This document shows positions 48,142-59,756 of a stretch of DNA of 64,000 bases, piece by piece. The stretch covers positions 1 to 64,000 of the forward strand of contig DF236997.1 in NCBI GenBank assembly GCA_000708835.1, written 5' to 3'. Origin of the DNA: Klebsormidium nitens (lineage: Eukaryota > Plantae > Klebsormidiophyceae). The notes under the pieces are model-generated. The model did not search any database and was not told where the DNA came from. It saw nothing but the letters and a program-made list of their open reading frames with translations. Within the stretch, counting starts at the first letter, position 1. The number at the start of each line of letters is the position of its first letter. The position numbers and the translations under genes are program-made.

Positions 48142-51100
48142 ATGGCACTTTCTTCAGATTTTATGCCTGATCCTGGAGACCCGGTAAGCCAAGCTGGTCT
48201 ATGCAGTAGAGTGCACTTACGGTGCTCCTGTTCGAACCCCCTGCATCGTTTTTGATTGCGGCTGCCACTTGGACCGCTCGTTTAAGGACGGGGTGTTTTC
48301 TGGTGCAGAGCTTGGCTGGCCCAACTCCCGGCGAGCCCCAGGCAGCTCAATTGTTGCAGCCCAAACTTGAACACCCAGAGCCAATGTGAGTGCTGCCAGG
48401 AAGACCTGCCTGCCTGAGGGTGTTGATGCCGACAACATGCCCTTCTTTGTCTAATTTGTGAGAACCCTATTGTGAGTTTATGTCTTCTGGCACTAGCTGC
48501 AAGAATGCCTTGCTCCTCCTCAGCTCACCTCAAACTCGTTGCCTTGATTACCCTCCGTTGCAGACTGGAAGTTGGTAATGGTCTTCAAAGCACTGGAGTC
48601 TTGCCCGCCACCTCAATGTGGACGTCCAGCGACGACCAGAAGGCCAACTCAGCAAATGGTGGTACCGCTGTGAGTCAAGTGTGCACTATTTCCCTTTCAA
48701 TTGCACCAATTGTTTCACCAATTGTCCGTGGTTCTAGGCCTGCTCTGCTGTTGTTGTCTAAGTGTATAGACCATGCAAATATGCGAGCTTGTGCTTCTTC
48801 ATGGTGCAAGTGAAAGCTGGGCGTGTCTATCCAACCTCATTCTTCCTGCTCTCCCCCTCTTGCAGTCCACGTCATCTTCCCCGTCCTTTGGAGCTGGCTT
48901 AGCCCATCCCAATGGAGCTTTGCTCCCCAGCGCAGGCACGCTGGTGGCCCCCGGGCCAATTGTGCCTGTCAGTGGCATGATCCCCACCCCCATGAGCAAT
49001 GGGAGTGCGGGGCCAGCGGGGGCGCAAGGCCCCGGCATGCCTGTCCAGATGCATGAGCCCGCCCTGGCGGTGGAATGGACAGCGGAGGAACAGAAGCTGC
49101 TAGAGGAAGGGCTGACCAGGTGAGGGGCCCGGCACTTGTCTGCTGGGACCAGTGGGCCCCTTGACAATTGAGAAGTGGCATCTTCAGTCATGCTTTAAAG
49201 ATGGCGGAGGGGGGGGGGGGGGAGGGGGGGTTGCTACATATGTTCGAGTCGCTCCTGTTCGGTTTGAGGATTTTGCATGATTTGGCTTTCACATCCCGCA
49301 CAGATGGTTTGCACATCAGGAGTGCTCCGGATACCTAGACATTCTCACTCAAATACAGAGTTCCCCCAGCTTCTGTTGGAGTGACTAGCATGCCATCAGT
49401 TTTTGCGTTAGGGCGTTCGATGGACATTCAGATGAAATGTAAAGAGCTATGGTTGCGACGAGTGCTTCTAACTGTGGAACTACGGTGCTTTGCCCTTGCG
49501 CAGATTCCCTGGTGACAAATATTCCAACATAGTACGCTGCATAAAGATAGCGGCGATGCTGGCGGACAAGACCGTGCGAGACGTTGCCATGCGGTGTCGC
49601 TGGATGTCGGTGAGTCTTTGGACAGCAGCCGCTTGAATGAATGCATTTCGACGGTACAGTGCAATGCGCTGGAAAATACTCCTGGACATCATTAGTGTTT
49701 GGCTTCAGTTGATAAGCTTCTTACTGATCCAACCGGGACTGAGACGGGGGATGGCCTCGATCGCAAGCATCAACGCGTTGGCAATCTAGGTTGCCAAATA
49801 CTCCGTAAGATGCACAGTGTGGATAGCGATGACTCTTTCTCATGAGTTACATTCCATTCCGCAGAAGAAAGAGATTGGCAAGCGGAGAAAAGATGAACAG
49901 CAGCAGAGCCAAACCAAGAAGTCAAAAGAAAGCAAAAAGGTGGGCATCCTCTCTCTGCCTAGTCGGCAAGCGCTTGGACGTGAAATTCTTAGACGTGCAC
50001 GCAGGTGCACAATTGGATTCTCATGGTCTTTTATTGCAGCTGCTAGGGTGGCTCGTCAAGGCACTAGCTGGACGCGTCTGCAGTTGTTGGTTAATTTGCA
50101 AATTTGTGGGTGCGTGTTCGTGGTTGCTTGCTGTCCCGCTGTAGCCATGCTTCTGAGACGGCGATACCTGGCCTTGTGTCAGGACAAGCCGGGCGACATG
50201 CACCGCCCCCTGGCCCCCGCGCGGCCCCCAGTGCCCATCATGGCGCCGCCGCCCATGCCACCACTCGATGACAAGATACCGCGTGAGTGCTCCCAGAAAA
50301 CTTCCTGCGTGATGTCGTTCAGCCACCTGTTCTGTGTTCCAGACGCTCTGCCCAGATTCTGGAGGTTTTGTTTGTGAAAAGCCTTTTCTCAGCAAGGCCG
50401 TTGCTTTGTCTCTGCACCCTGTAAGGCCGTCATAATGCAGGGCGGGCAGGTTAAGTGAGGTTGCTCAGCACAGATGTTCAAGCATGGCAAAAGCTTCACA
50501 TTCTGGGGTCCTAGTTCTTTCCGAGTTTGTGACGTACATAGCGCCGAATTTGGCGTAGCCTTGAAGCTTCTTTAGCGAGACCTGCTCTGATTCGTTGTCA
50601 AACACGCTCTTCTTACAATCCGTTAATTTGAGCGAAAAGTCTGGAGCTCGGGTGATTTGCGCCGAAGTTTCTGCCGCGAGTGTTCACGGAGCTGTAAGCG
50701 GTAGCCTCCCGTTGGTCTCCTCCTGAGTTGTGTCCGTGTCGTGGGTGCAGCCATTGGGGGCCCGACAGGGCAGCTGCTGGACGAGAATGTGCGCATGGTC
50801 AACCAGATTCGGCAGAACTTGGCCAACTGCAAGGTGAGTCCCGCCTGGCCCCGGGTGCCCTCTGGCAACGTCACTTTGGCCAGAGAAGTAAAATGGGTTT
50901 TCCGAAAGCTCTTCACTACAAGCCGTCATAACGGCTGCTTCTTTGATGTTGACCGCCTGTTGACTCGTCGAAGTGTTGGCCGAGGTCGACTGGCTGACCA
51001 GGATCGGCCATGTGGGCTTGTGTGTTTGTGTTCAGATTCAGGAGAACAACGAGCTGCTCGTCAAGTTCCGGGACAACATCACCACCATCATCAACGGGTG

Positions 51101-51386
51101 AGCAGCGTGCCACCATGTGAAGCTTGCTCGAGGTTCATGAGAAGAGGCCTAGTCCTGCACCCCCTCGTTGGGACGTTTTTATCCGAACATGTCCGTACCG
51201 TTTTCGACAGCGCACCTGTAGGCACGTCCTTCTCGGCCTTCCATTTGCAGGATGACATCCATGCCGGGCATCTTGTCGTCGATGCCCCCGCTGCCCGTGA
51301 AGTTGAACACGCCGCTCGCGGACAGCTTCCTGCCGCCCAGCAAGAACCTGCCGCTGCCACCGCCAGTGACAACCCCTCCCAAATGA
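48142..51386 (+). CDS. DRIF: Myb/SANT-like plus DUF3755 protein (DRIF-like), 10 exons; 5' exons inferred
   Basis: EWTAEEQKLLEEGL, KIAAMLADKTVRDVAMRCRWM-KKEIGKRRK, AIGGPTGQLLDEN, ENNELLVKFRDNI, MPPLPVKLN. The 5' exons 48142-48183, 48309-48385 and 48564-48669 join in phase (0,2,0). Confidence 0.85.
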
Positions 51387-52899
51387 CAGAAATAATTTGC
51401 AGCGCACTTTAGCACGTTTAGCACTGTAAGAAGGTAAAAGCCAATGGAAGAGATCAATAGCGGCTAACGTCCCAGTTGTGCCTAGGCTGGTTTTGCCGTT
51501 GCTATTTTCCGATTAGAGATACGTAGTGTAGCAAAGCCGCAAATTCGGCGTCAGCACTCAGACTTGAATCGAGGACTGCCCGGCTCTCTCAGCGAAAAAG
51601 TGCGGGCCGACTGGATTCGGCCGCGGGCATTGTATATAGAGAAATTCAGTAATCTGGTTACGGTTGAGGAACTTCAACGGTTCTTTCCTTCTTGTCACTA
51701 CCAGCTCACAGATACTAGCCACTGCTGGTCTTCCGAAAGTCTTCGAATCCAGCCAACTATCCGTATCAAGCAGGAATTAGTCTGAATTTTTTTTCAGCGG
51801 ACTAGCTTCTTTAGATTCATCACTTGCAAGATGAAAGCGACATCTTATAAGTTTAGGGATTCGTGAAACTGATCAAAGCCTTACCTAAGTTGATATTATG
51901 CAAGTGACATGGTATATGGCCGCAAACTGCACAGTAGTGGAGCAAAGGTAGGCCATCTGAGCAGGCGCTTATTGGTGCGCATCCTAGTCCGACCCATGTG
52001 CACAGCGTGACGCAGATGAAGGCACCATGGCTAGAGCTGCACATTACAACGGTACATGTATGTTGTACGTCATATGGCACATATGTCGACCGGCATGTTA
52101 GTTTTAGGTGGCATGGCTATAGGTGGCAGATCATGCATTGAACTTTAGGAGGTGGTTTGACTGTGCTTGTTGTATATCAAATTTACGATCGCCAGTGCAC
52201 TTTTCATTCCGGTCTCGATTGGATCGCAATTGCAATCGACGATCTTGCTATACTATGTGTTGACGCTCATGGTTGAGCTACTCAGATCGTCTTATAGCTT
52301 GTTGAAAGCTCGTCGAATCATATACATGACCACTGCATTATGACAACGTTACATTCTTGTGCTTGTCGCAGCTAAGACTGCATTGCCTAGTGCATGCAAT
52401 TATACAAAGCAACCTCTGATGCCATGAAATCTTATGATAAGCCTGCCTATGGACCGAGCTAGCTAGGCACTGCTAAGAGCGCATATTAAGATTAGTTACG
52501 CTATGATTCTGCAGTTTTCAAATCAGTGTACATGTCAAGTCTACTAGAATACACGGAACACTGTCAAAAAAATCAATGTATCTGCTATAATTCAGCGTCT
52601 GGTCAATCGGCAGAACCGGCCGTAGGCACTGGAATCCAGTGTGTTAATTTGATGTAACCACCTTCTTGGAAAATAGGGGCCAATAGTTGCTGCTTGCCAA
52701 AAGGTATACAAACTTCAGTGACTGTACTACAATTATCTTATCTCACCTGCATCTGCCCTGTTCTGGGTCCGAGCTCGTCTCTACAGTCTGCAGACCCGAA
52801 CCAATTGCTCTTTTTGTCAGCTCTACCTACTGCTCGAGCGTGCGACCTAACCTGTTTGGTCTACCTGCGCAGCAATGTAGATACAAACTCGCCTGCGGG

Positions 52900-55800
52900 T
52901 CAGCACACCGGAGGCGGCAGCGGGGCTGCCCTATACTCGGGGTGCACCTTGCGCAGGTGCACGCGCAGCGAGTCGGTGGAGACGCCGGCACTCTTGCCGC
53001 ACACGGGGCACAGCCGGCCGGACGGCTTCTTGCCCTTCCACTCCATGGACGCCACCGGCCCGTGCAGCCGCTTCTCCAGCCGCACAAGCGCCGCCGCAAA
53101 GCCGTCGTTGGGCGCCGCACGCGGGTGCACCACCTTCACCTCCGCCCATGCCTGCACCACGAGACCGGTGCTCAGAGTGTTTAGGGAGGGAAGGGAGCGG
53201 AAGACAGTCGCCTGCTTCAAAGACGCCCATCGAACCTGCTGCAGATTCAGATATGTGCGATGAAGGTCCACGACATTTGTCAGGCGCTTCCAACACCTCC
53301 GACGGTCTGCAAACCAGGATTGGTCTGTATATGCAGCAAAGTGTGTGTGCTCAGGTGGCGGCGCAGTCCGAGCGCGTCGTGCGCGTGTGCTGGCTGACCT
53401 GCGCGAGGTTCCTGGCCTTGTGCAGCATGAGGTAGGCTAGCACGACGGCCACGCTGCGGCTCTTGCCCTCGAAGCAGTGCACCAGCACCTTGCCCCCACC
53501 CGCGGCAGCAGCGTCGATCAGCGCACTCACGGGCTCGAAGAAGCGACCAATGTCCTCCGTCGGGGTGTCACGAGCCTGCGCAAGATGGACATGCACCGAG
53601 GTCAGAAGACGAGCCGCTCGAGTCTTGGAAACGAAAAGCGCGAGTGTAATTGACAAAAAAGCTAACCACCGGTACGGAAAGCGAAGGAGAGACGCTCTGT
53701 CCGTTCATTCCAGGGGGTGCGTGAGGGGTTGCATCGTGCACGCTGACCTGGTAGTGCGTGTATTTGAAGCAGTCGGGGAACTCGCCGAGCGTGCCGTCCT
53801 CCCCGAGGGTGTCCTCGGGCGCCATGTTGACGATGTGCGTGATCCCCAGGTGTTGCAGCACGTGCCGACTGCGTGCCGCCGCGACCCCGCCCACGTACAG
53901 GTACGGCAGCACCGCCGACGGCCGCTGAGCCTCCGCGCCCGCCAGGATCAGCCCCACGCGCTCCAGCACGTGCTCCAGCCGCACCTGCCGGAAACAGGGC
54001 ATGGAGGGTCAACAACATGCACAAATCAGTCAAGTTCGAGACACCCGCCTGAGGAAGCTGGAGGAAGACTTGGCACCGAAAGTCAAGAAGAGACGAGGCT
54101 TGTAGCCGCTGCTCGTAGCAGGACCTCCAAGAACGTACACAGAATTGAGAAGCTCCTGTCCCTTCCGGCATGAGCGGGAGCTGCGCAAAGGCCACCTTGA
54201 GCTCACCTTGAGCTCGTAGCTGTCGACGAGGGAGTGGCCGCCGGCCCACTCGAGGAAGCCGGTGACGAAGCCGTGCGCCTCGCACACGGCGGCCGCCTCG
54301 CGTCGCAGCTTGGCGTCCCACTCCTCCAGCATGTCCGACACCATGTCGTCCACCTGCACCGCGGCCGCACCACATGAGGGGCCTGACGCGACAGCGGCTA
54401 CGCACAGGAGCAATACGGTAGTGGACGGACACAAGGTTCCATGAGCCACGGGCACACGTAGAACGCGCAAAAGCTGCGAGAGATACTTGGGATGCCCCGT
54501 CTCCCACGACCGGAACATGTTCACTGCGACTGTATCACCCAAATCTTTGTAGCGTAGCATCCTCCCCAGCCTTCCTGCCACTTCTTGCCCCTCACCTTGG
54601 CGACCTTTTGCCAGTCTTTCAGCCGGATCGTGAAGCGCAGTGGCGACCCCCTCAGCGGGCTGCCCGGCTCCCGGCCGTTCTCCCCGGGACTTCCGGACCC
54701 CGCCCTGCTGAAGGTGCGGACAGCGTCCGGGGGCGTCGGCAGCTTGGTGTCACGGGGCGAGGGGGGCTTGCGCGGGTCCTTGGGGGAGAGCGGCTTCTTG
54801 GCATCCTTGGGCGAGGGGGGTTTCCGCCCAGAGGGGCTGTGGCCGAGGCCCGCCCCGGACAGGCGGCGCGGCGCACTGGGCGAGGGCCGTGGCTCGGCCC
54901 GGCCGACCTCCCCGATGCACGCAATGAAGGCGCGCAGCAGGCCGTCCAGTCGCTGGTGCAGCCGCGACAACAGCGGCCGCAGCCCGTGCACCGCCTCCAC
55001 TGTCTCGCGCACCCCGCGCTGAAACGCCTCCACCAGGCGCCGCTCCGCAGCCGCCTTATCCAGGCTCGAAAGGTCGACGGCCTGGTTGGCGTCAGAGAAG
55101 AGGGACGATGTTGTCGGCTCCAGCGGGGCCTCCCCTGCTTGTGCGCCATCATGCGGTGCCTCTTCTGGGCCCGCCACAGCCCCGTCTGTAGCTGGAGAGG
55201 GTGCCAGCAGGTACCCGCTGCTGACTTCGCGCAGGACCTCGGCCGCCACGTCCGCGTCGCACAGCAGCAACTCCATGAGCTTGGGAAAGTTTTCGCGGTC
55301 TGCCTCCATCTTAGCGGCAGGGGGCCGTCGGGGGATCCCCGAGTCGATCACCACCACGGAGCCACGGGCAGACGGCTTGGGAGCAGGGACGGTTAGGGGA
55401 TCGAGTATGGCGGCCTCCTGGATCTCGCGGACGTTTGGCGCACTCATGCTGCGCTTGTGCAGAACTAATGCCGGCGGACTGCCCCCCCCGGCATCTCGAA
55501 CCACTGCCGCCCGCGACTTGTTCTCCGCAGACCTCGCCTTGGCCCTGCCCTTGCTCTTGATCCGCAGTAGGTCGGCCGCCGCTGTTACATCGGCGGCGAG
55601 CTGCGCGGGCGTCTTTGGGGTGGCGAAGGGGCGCTCCGTGTAGCGCAGGTTGCCCGCGTTCTCCTGCCACCCGAGCCGCTTGACGGCCAGGCGGTCCTCG
55701 TTGCGCAGCACCAGGTCCAGCACCAGCACGCGCCCCAGCGCTGCCGCGGTCGCCTCCTGCTCTACGGGCCCCTCGAAGGCAGACGGGCTGTCCTTGAGCG

Positions 55801-58800
55801 ACTTGCCATGCACGTACCTGACATGGGGCGTCGAGGGTCGGCAAGGAGCACAGGAAAAGGGAGCAACATTTCCTTACAAGTGCCACGACGTTCCCGAGCG
55901 AGTAAAACAACACAATAGATCGAAAAGGAACGTCTGTACGCATTGATCTCAGAGCAGAGGACACGTGACCAAGGTGTAAATATAGATGTATTTGCGGCTT
56001 GCCAAATCCGTGGTTGTAGATGCGGGTTGCAAGAACGTAGAGTTTCCAGGCGAGCGAGGGACGCTGTGCTGACCCCATGAGCAGCAGGCAGCGGAAGATG
56101 CGCAGCGCGTCCAGCAGCTCCTCGCACGTGCGCTCCTCGTCTTCCGCCGCCTTGTACGCAGGGCTTTGACCGCGGCCCTCCGCAGCCAGCGTCTGGATCT
56201 TGTCCACCGCGCGGCTCTGCATCAGCAGTCCCAAAATCTGTCGGAGACACCATCCTACGGAGAAGGTTGGCCACTATAACATACAACCAATGCAGTACCT
56301 TGCATTGCTCTGTCTCGTTTGTTGTGAGTGCCCGATCGACGAGAAGGCTTGATGGAATTCAGAGCTAACACGGGGGAGACGGGAAATGCCGTCACTGCGG
56401 TGAGGTGCCGGCGACGGGCGCTCACCTTGGCCTTGTTGACCGCAGCCTGGATGGCGGCCCACTCCTCGGAGCCGCTGTGGATGACCCTGACCTGCGGGGT
56501 GGGCACCCCCAGATGCCGCGCCAGCTCACTGCCCAGGCGCTCACTCTGAGGAACAACACACGAGCAAATCAGGTCGGACGACCCGTCTTCTATGAGCACG
56601 AGCTGGAGGTCACATGAACGCTCAAGGCCTTGCACACTTGGGGAACTCTAAGATCGTCGATCAAGCACTGCATAAGTCGTTAGGCTTGCGCAGTCCCATC
56701 CTTGCTGCCGGTTCTATCCTGACCTGGGTGGCGAGCCTGCTGGGACCGAACTTGATGCAAGCAGCGAACTCCTCGACCTCCACCCGCGGCTGCCGCACTG
56801 GGCTTGGACGTTGCCAGGGGGCACCATCGCCGAGGGGTCGGCTGCTGTTGGCGGGCGGTCCGAGGCTGCTGCGCTCAGTAGCGTGTATGTCTGCAGGATG
56901 ATGATTCGTCGAGTTTTCCCCCTACGTCGTCATGGTCAAGCTGAGCGCATTTGTTCTTACATTCTCATCATGTGCCGGGACTTCAAGCATCATTCTAACT
57001 TTTCTCAGAATGCACCTAGGCGTTGATAGTGCAGGATGTCACCCTGGCCGTACCTGGGCTAGGTCTCGACATCCTGGATGCTATGCGGACCTTCAGCCCT
57101 GCTCCCGCGGCCTCGCTTCTCTCCACCCCTGCCCCTGTGTCCAGCTCTTGCCCGGAGCCCCCCTGAGGGGAGGAGGGCGCAGCAGGCTCAAGCCGAGCCC
57201 CGGGAGAGGTGGCACCGGTAGGTGCCGCTGTGGGGGACGGGAAGGTCAACTGAGTCACGCCCTGGCTGCCATAGGCCCGCACCACCACGGCTGCCCCCTC
57301 CTGAGAAGTGGTGACCGCCATCTGGGACGCATGATGCTGCCCCAAGGGAGAGCCGAGGCTGCCGCGGTGTGTGCCCCCGCTTTCGGAAGGGCCACCTTCG
57401 CCCTGCTCTCGAGGCGGCTTGGCGTACTGGAACGCAGCAAAGTAGACGACCCCCCCGCTGTTGATCTTGATCTCCATCACGCCGTCACTGCCGCTATCAC
57501 TGGGGTCGTCCGCGTGCTCTGTACGGTACACCGCCGCCAGGCCAGACCAGTCTAGCTTCTCGGAGGCAATGTCCAGCTCACGCGCACTGCCCAGGCGCTC
57601 CAGGATGTTTGCGGGGGAGAGGGGGGAGAGGGGTCGCACCGCTGCAAGGAACAAGGCCGGTCAAAGGTGACTTAAGCTGGAAAATAGTGATGGCGCGATC
57701 CTCGCAGTGAGAACCGCTGCCCTCGCAATGCCAGTGATCTCTTAGTATGGTCGGAATGTGTTTGGCTGGAGCTATGCGACTTCAACCTCGGCCCCGCGTG
57801 CAACTTCAGGCCTGCACTCCTTGGGCCTGTTCCCAGCATGGCCCTTACTCTGGCCCAGGCCCTCGTCGAGGTCTGCATCCTCCAGGTCGGCCCGCCCCGT
57901 TTCTGGCTCGCTGTTGCCCCGCTGCAGGCGCGAAGGCAGGCGCTGAGGGCCTCCTGCAGCTGGGCCCACCACCTGGATCTGCTCCTCGCTGATGGCCTGC
58001 ATGCGGGGCAGCTCCTCTGCACTCTTGCAGCGCCTCTGGGAGGCAATGCGCTGGAACGCCGGCATCTTGCGCTGGCGGCGTGTGCTGCAACAGAAGAACA
58101 ATGGCAGCTCTGAGCAAGATTGACAGGTCATTACGGAACTGACCCCTGGCGGCAGACTGTGTATTTGGGAAACATCATAGCATGCCCTCAAAAGCAGGGA
58201 GCTAAGCACAGGCTGTGATCTTGCGTGTGTCGTTGAGATGTTTGGCACAAAAGCTCAATTATTCATTGGTGCTTTTCCTCCACCCTTCTCTTATGATCCT
58301 TGCAATTCAACAGACAATGAAGAGCAGAGGTGGTCCTCACCTGCGCAGCCAGCCTGCCATTTTCCCAACACCTGCAAATCAGAGCCCCAAACTTAGGTTT
58401 GCCCCTACATTGCAACTGCATTCAACAGACGATTTAGAGCAAACAAAGTCCGCCTTATCAATGAAGCAATGCTTCAAAGGCAACATGAAGGGACGGAAGA
58501 TGTGGAATGAGATACGATAGCCTGCTTGTACCTGGCATGTTTTCTCTGTAGTTGAACACACAGAGGGCCTTGGGCGACATGGCAGGGGAGAGGATGACTC
58601 CTGCACAGGAAATTAAGCACTTGAGTTCAGCAACCTGTACCCTAATACTGCAGCTCTGAGCAGGCAGTGAAGAAAAAGACCAACAGGCGCTTCCTTGAAA
58701 GTGCACGATGCAGCATCAGCGGGGTAATGTGGAGGGATGCCACCAACTCGCCTGCTTCCTGACATGCTTCCTCAAGTGCCAGCTTCATCTCTGCCTCTGC

Positions 58801-58839
58801 TTCAGACAAGTCCTCCTGATTCCCAGGCAACGCAGCCAT
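52900..58839 (-). CDS. PHS1: PHS1-like dual-specificity phosphatase with actin-fragmin-kinase-like (tubulin kinase) domain
   Basis: LERLGSA, INSGGVVYFA, SERLGSELARHLGVPTPQ, ALGRVLVLDLVLRNEDRL, IDSGIPRRPPA, YELKVRLEHVLER. Active site VHCFEGKSRSVAVVLAYLM. APNDGF, MEWKGKKP..CPVCGKSAG. The start (58839) is tentative. Confidence 0.93.
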
Positions 58840-59756
58840 AGCCCCTAGCAAGCTGTGGAGGGGATCCATTGGGCAAATGTTAGGGTAAATACAGACGCAA
58901 CACAACTAGCTCCACTGGCAATCTATATGATCCAAACAACCTCGCTTAGGAATCGGCCACACTGTGTGCAGGCCATCCCTTCTATGCATGCATAGCGCAT
59001 CTTCAACCCGTCATGAGCTGGTGCTAAAAGTAAGTGCCAATTGATAATCAGACCTCCACGGGTGCTCAAAATGACCAAGCTGAGGCTGCCAAAGCACTGA
59101 ATCAGATTACCCGCTGGTAAACATTACTTAAAAGCTGGCCTGCAAAGGAAGCTATGCGTTGCAGAAGCGAGGGGCGCCATTTTACAGACTCCCTGGGCCT
59201 CAATGTCATACTCAATCCACGGTCAATCTTGTCTCACGATCTTGTCGAAGAAGAATTTCAAGCAGCCAGATTCAGCCCAGCTAAAGGTTTCAACACGTGC
59301 GGACCCAACCCTTTTGGGAACCAGGCTCCGCAAGCTAGCCATCTGCTTCCAAGCACCCGCCGCTTTCTCACTTCACATGAGAACCTCCACTTGTATTGGG
59401 GGTCTACAGTCTAAGTATATGAGCACTCTGATCTTCAACCCCCCTGTCCCAGGGATCAAAAGGCTCCGGTTTATTCGCTAGGCATACCCGGCTGACATTA
59501 GGGTTTGCAAAAGTCTTGAGTGAAGCTCATTGTTGCAGGGCAAGTGATACATATCATTATGTCGCCGTTTCCTCCCCTTCGTCCAGCTGCGGAGGCCTGG
59601 CCCTGAGGCTGGGCCGGTGGTTTCAGTTGTGATGACCGCGTGAACGAGGCCCCCTGTGCGGTGCAGCTGCAAGCCGATGGCTTGTGATCAAGCTGCTCTT
59701 GGTCTGTGGCTCACAGTCTTGGGAGCATCGCCAGCACTTTGCGGATGTAATCGATC

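Noticed and set aside
48217-48438. Minus-strand ORF with signal-peptide-like start (MLSASTPSGRQVFLAALTLALG...)
   Set aside because: It lies antisense to phase-compatible 5' exons of the DRIF-like gene, which explain the region better. No convincing downstream exons.
24500-58300. Many long GC-rich alternative-frame and antisense ORFs
   Set aside because: They overlap the exons and introns of the recognised genes and are expected from high GC content.
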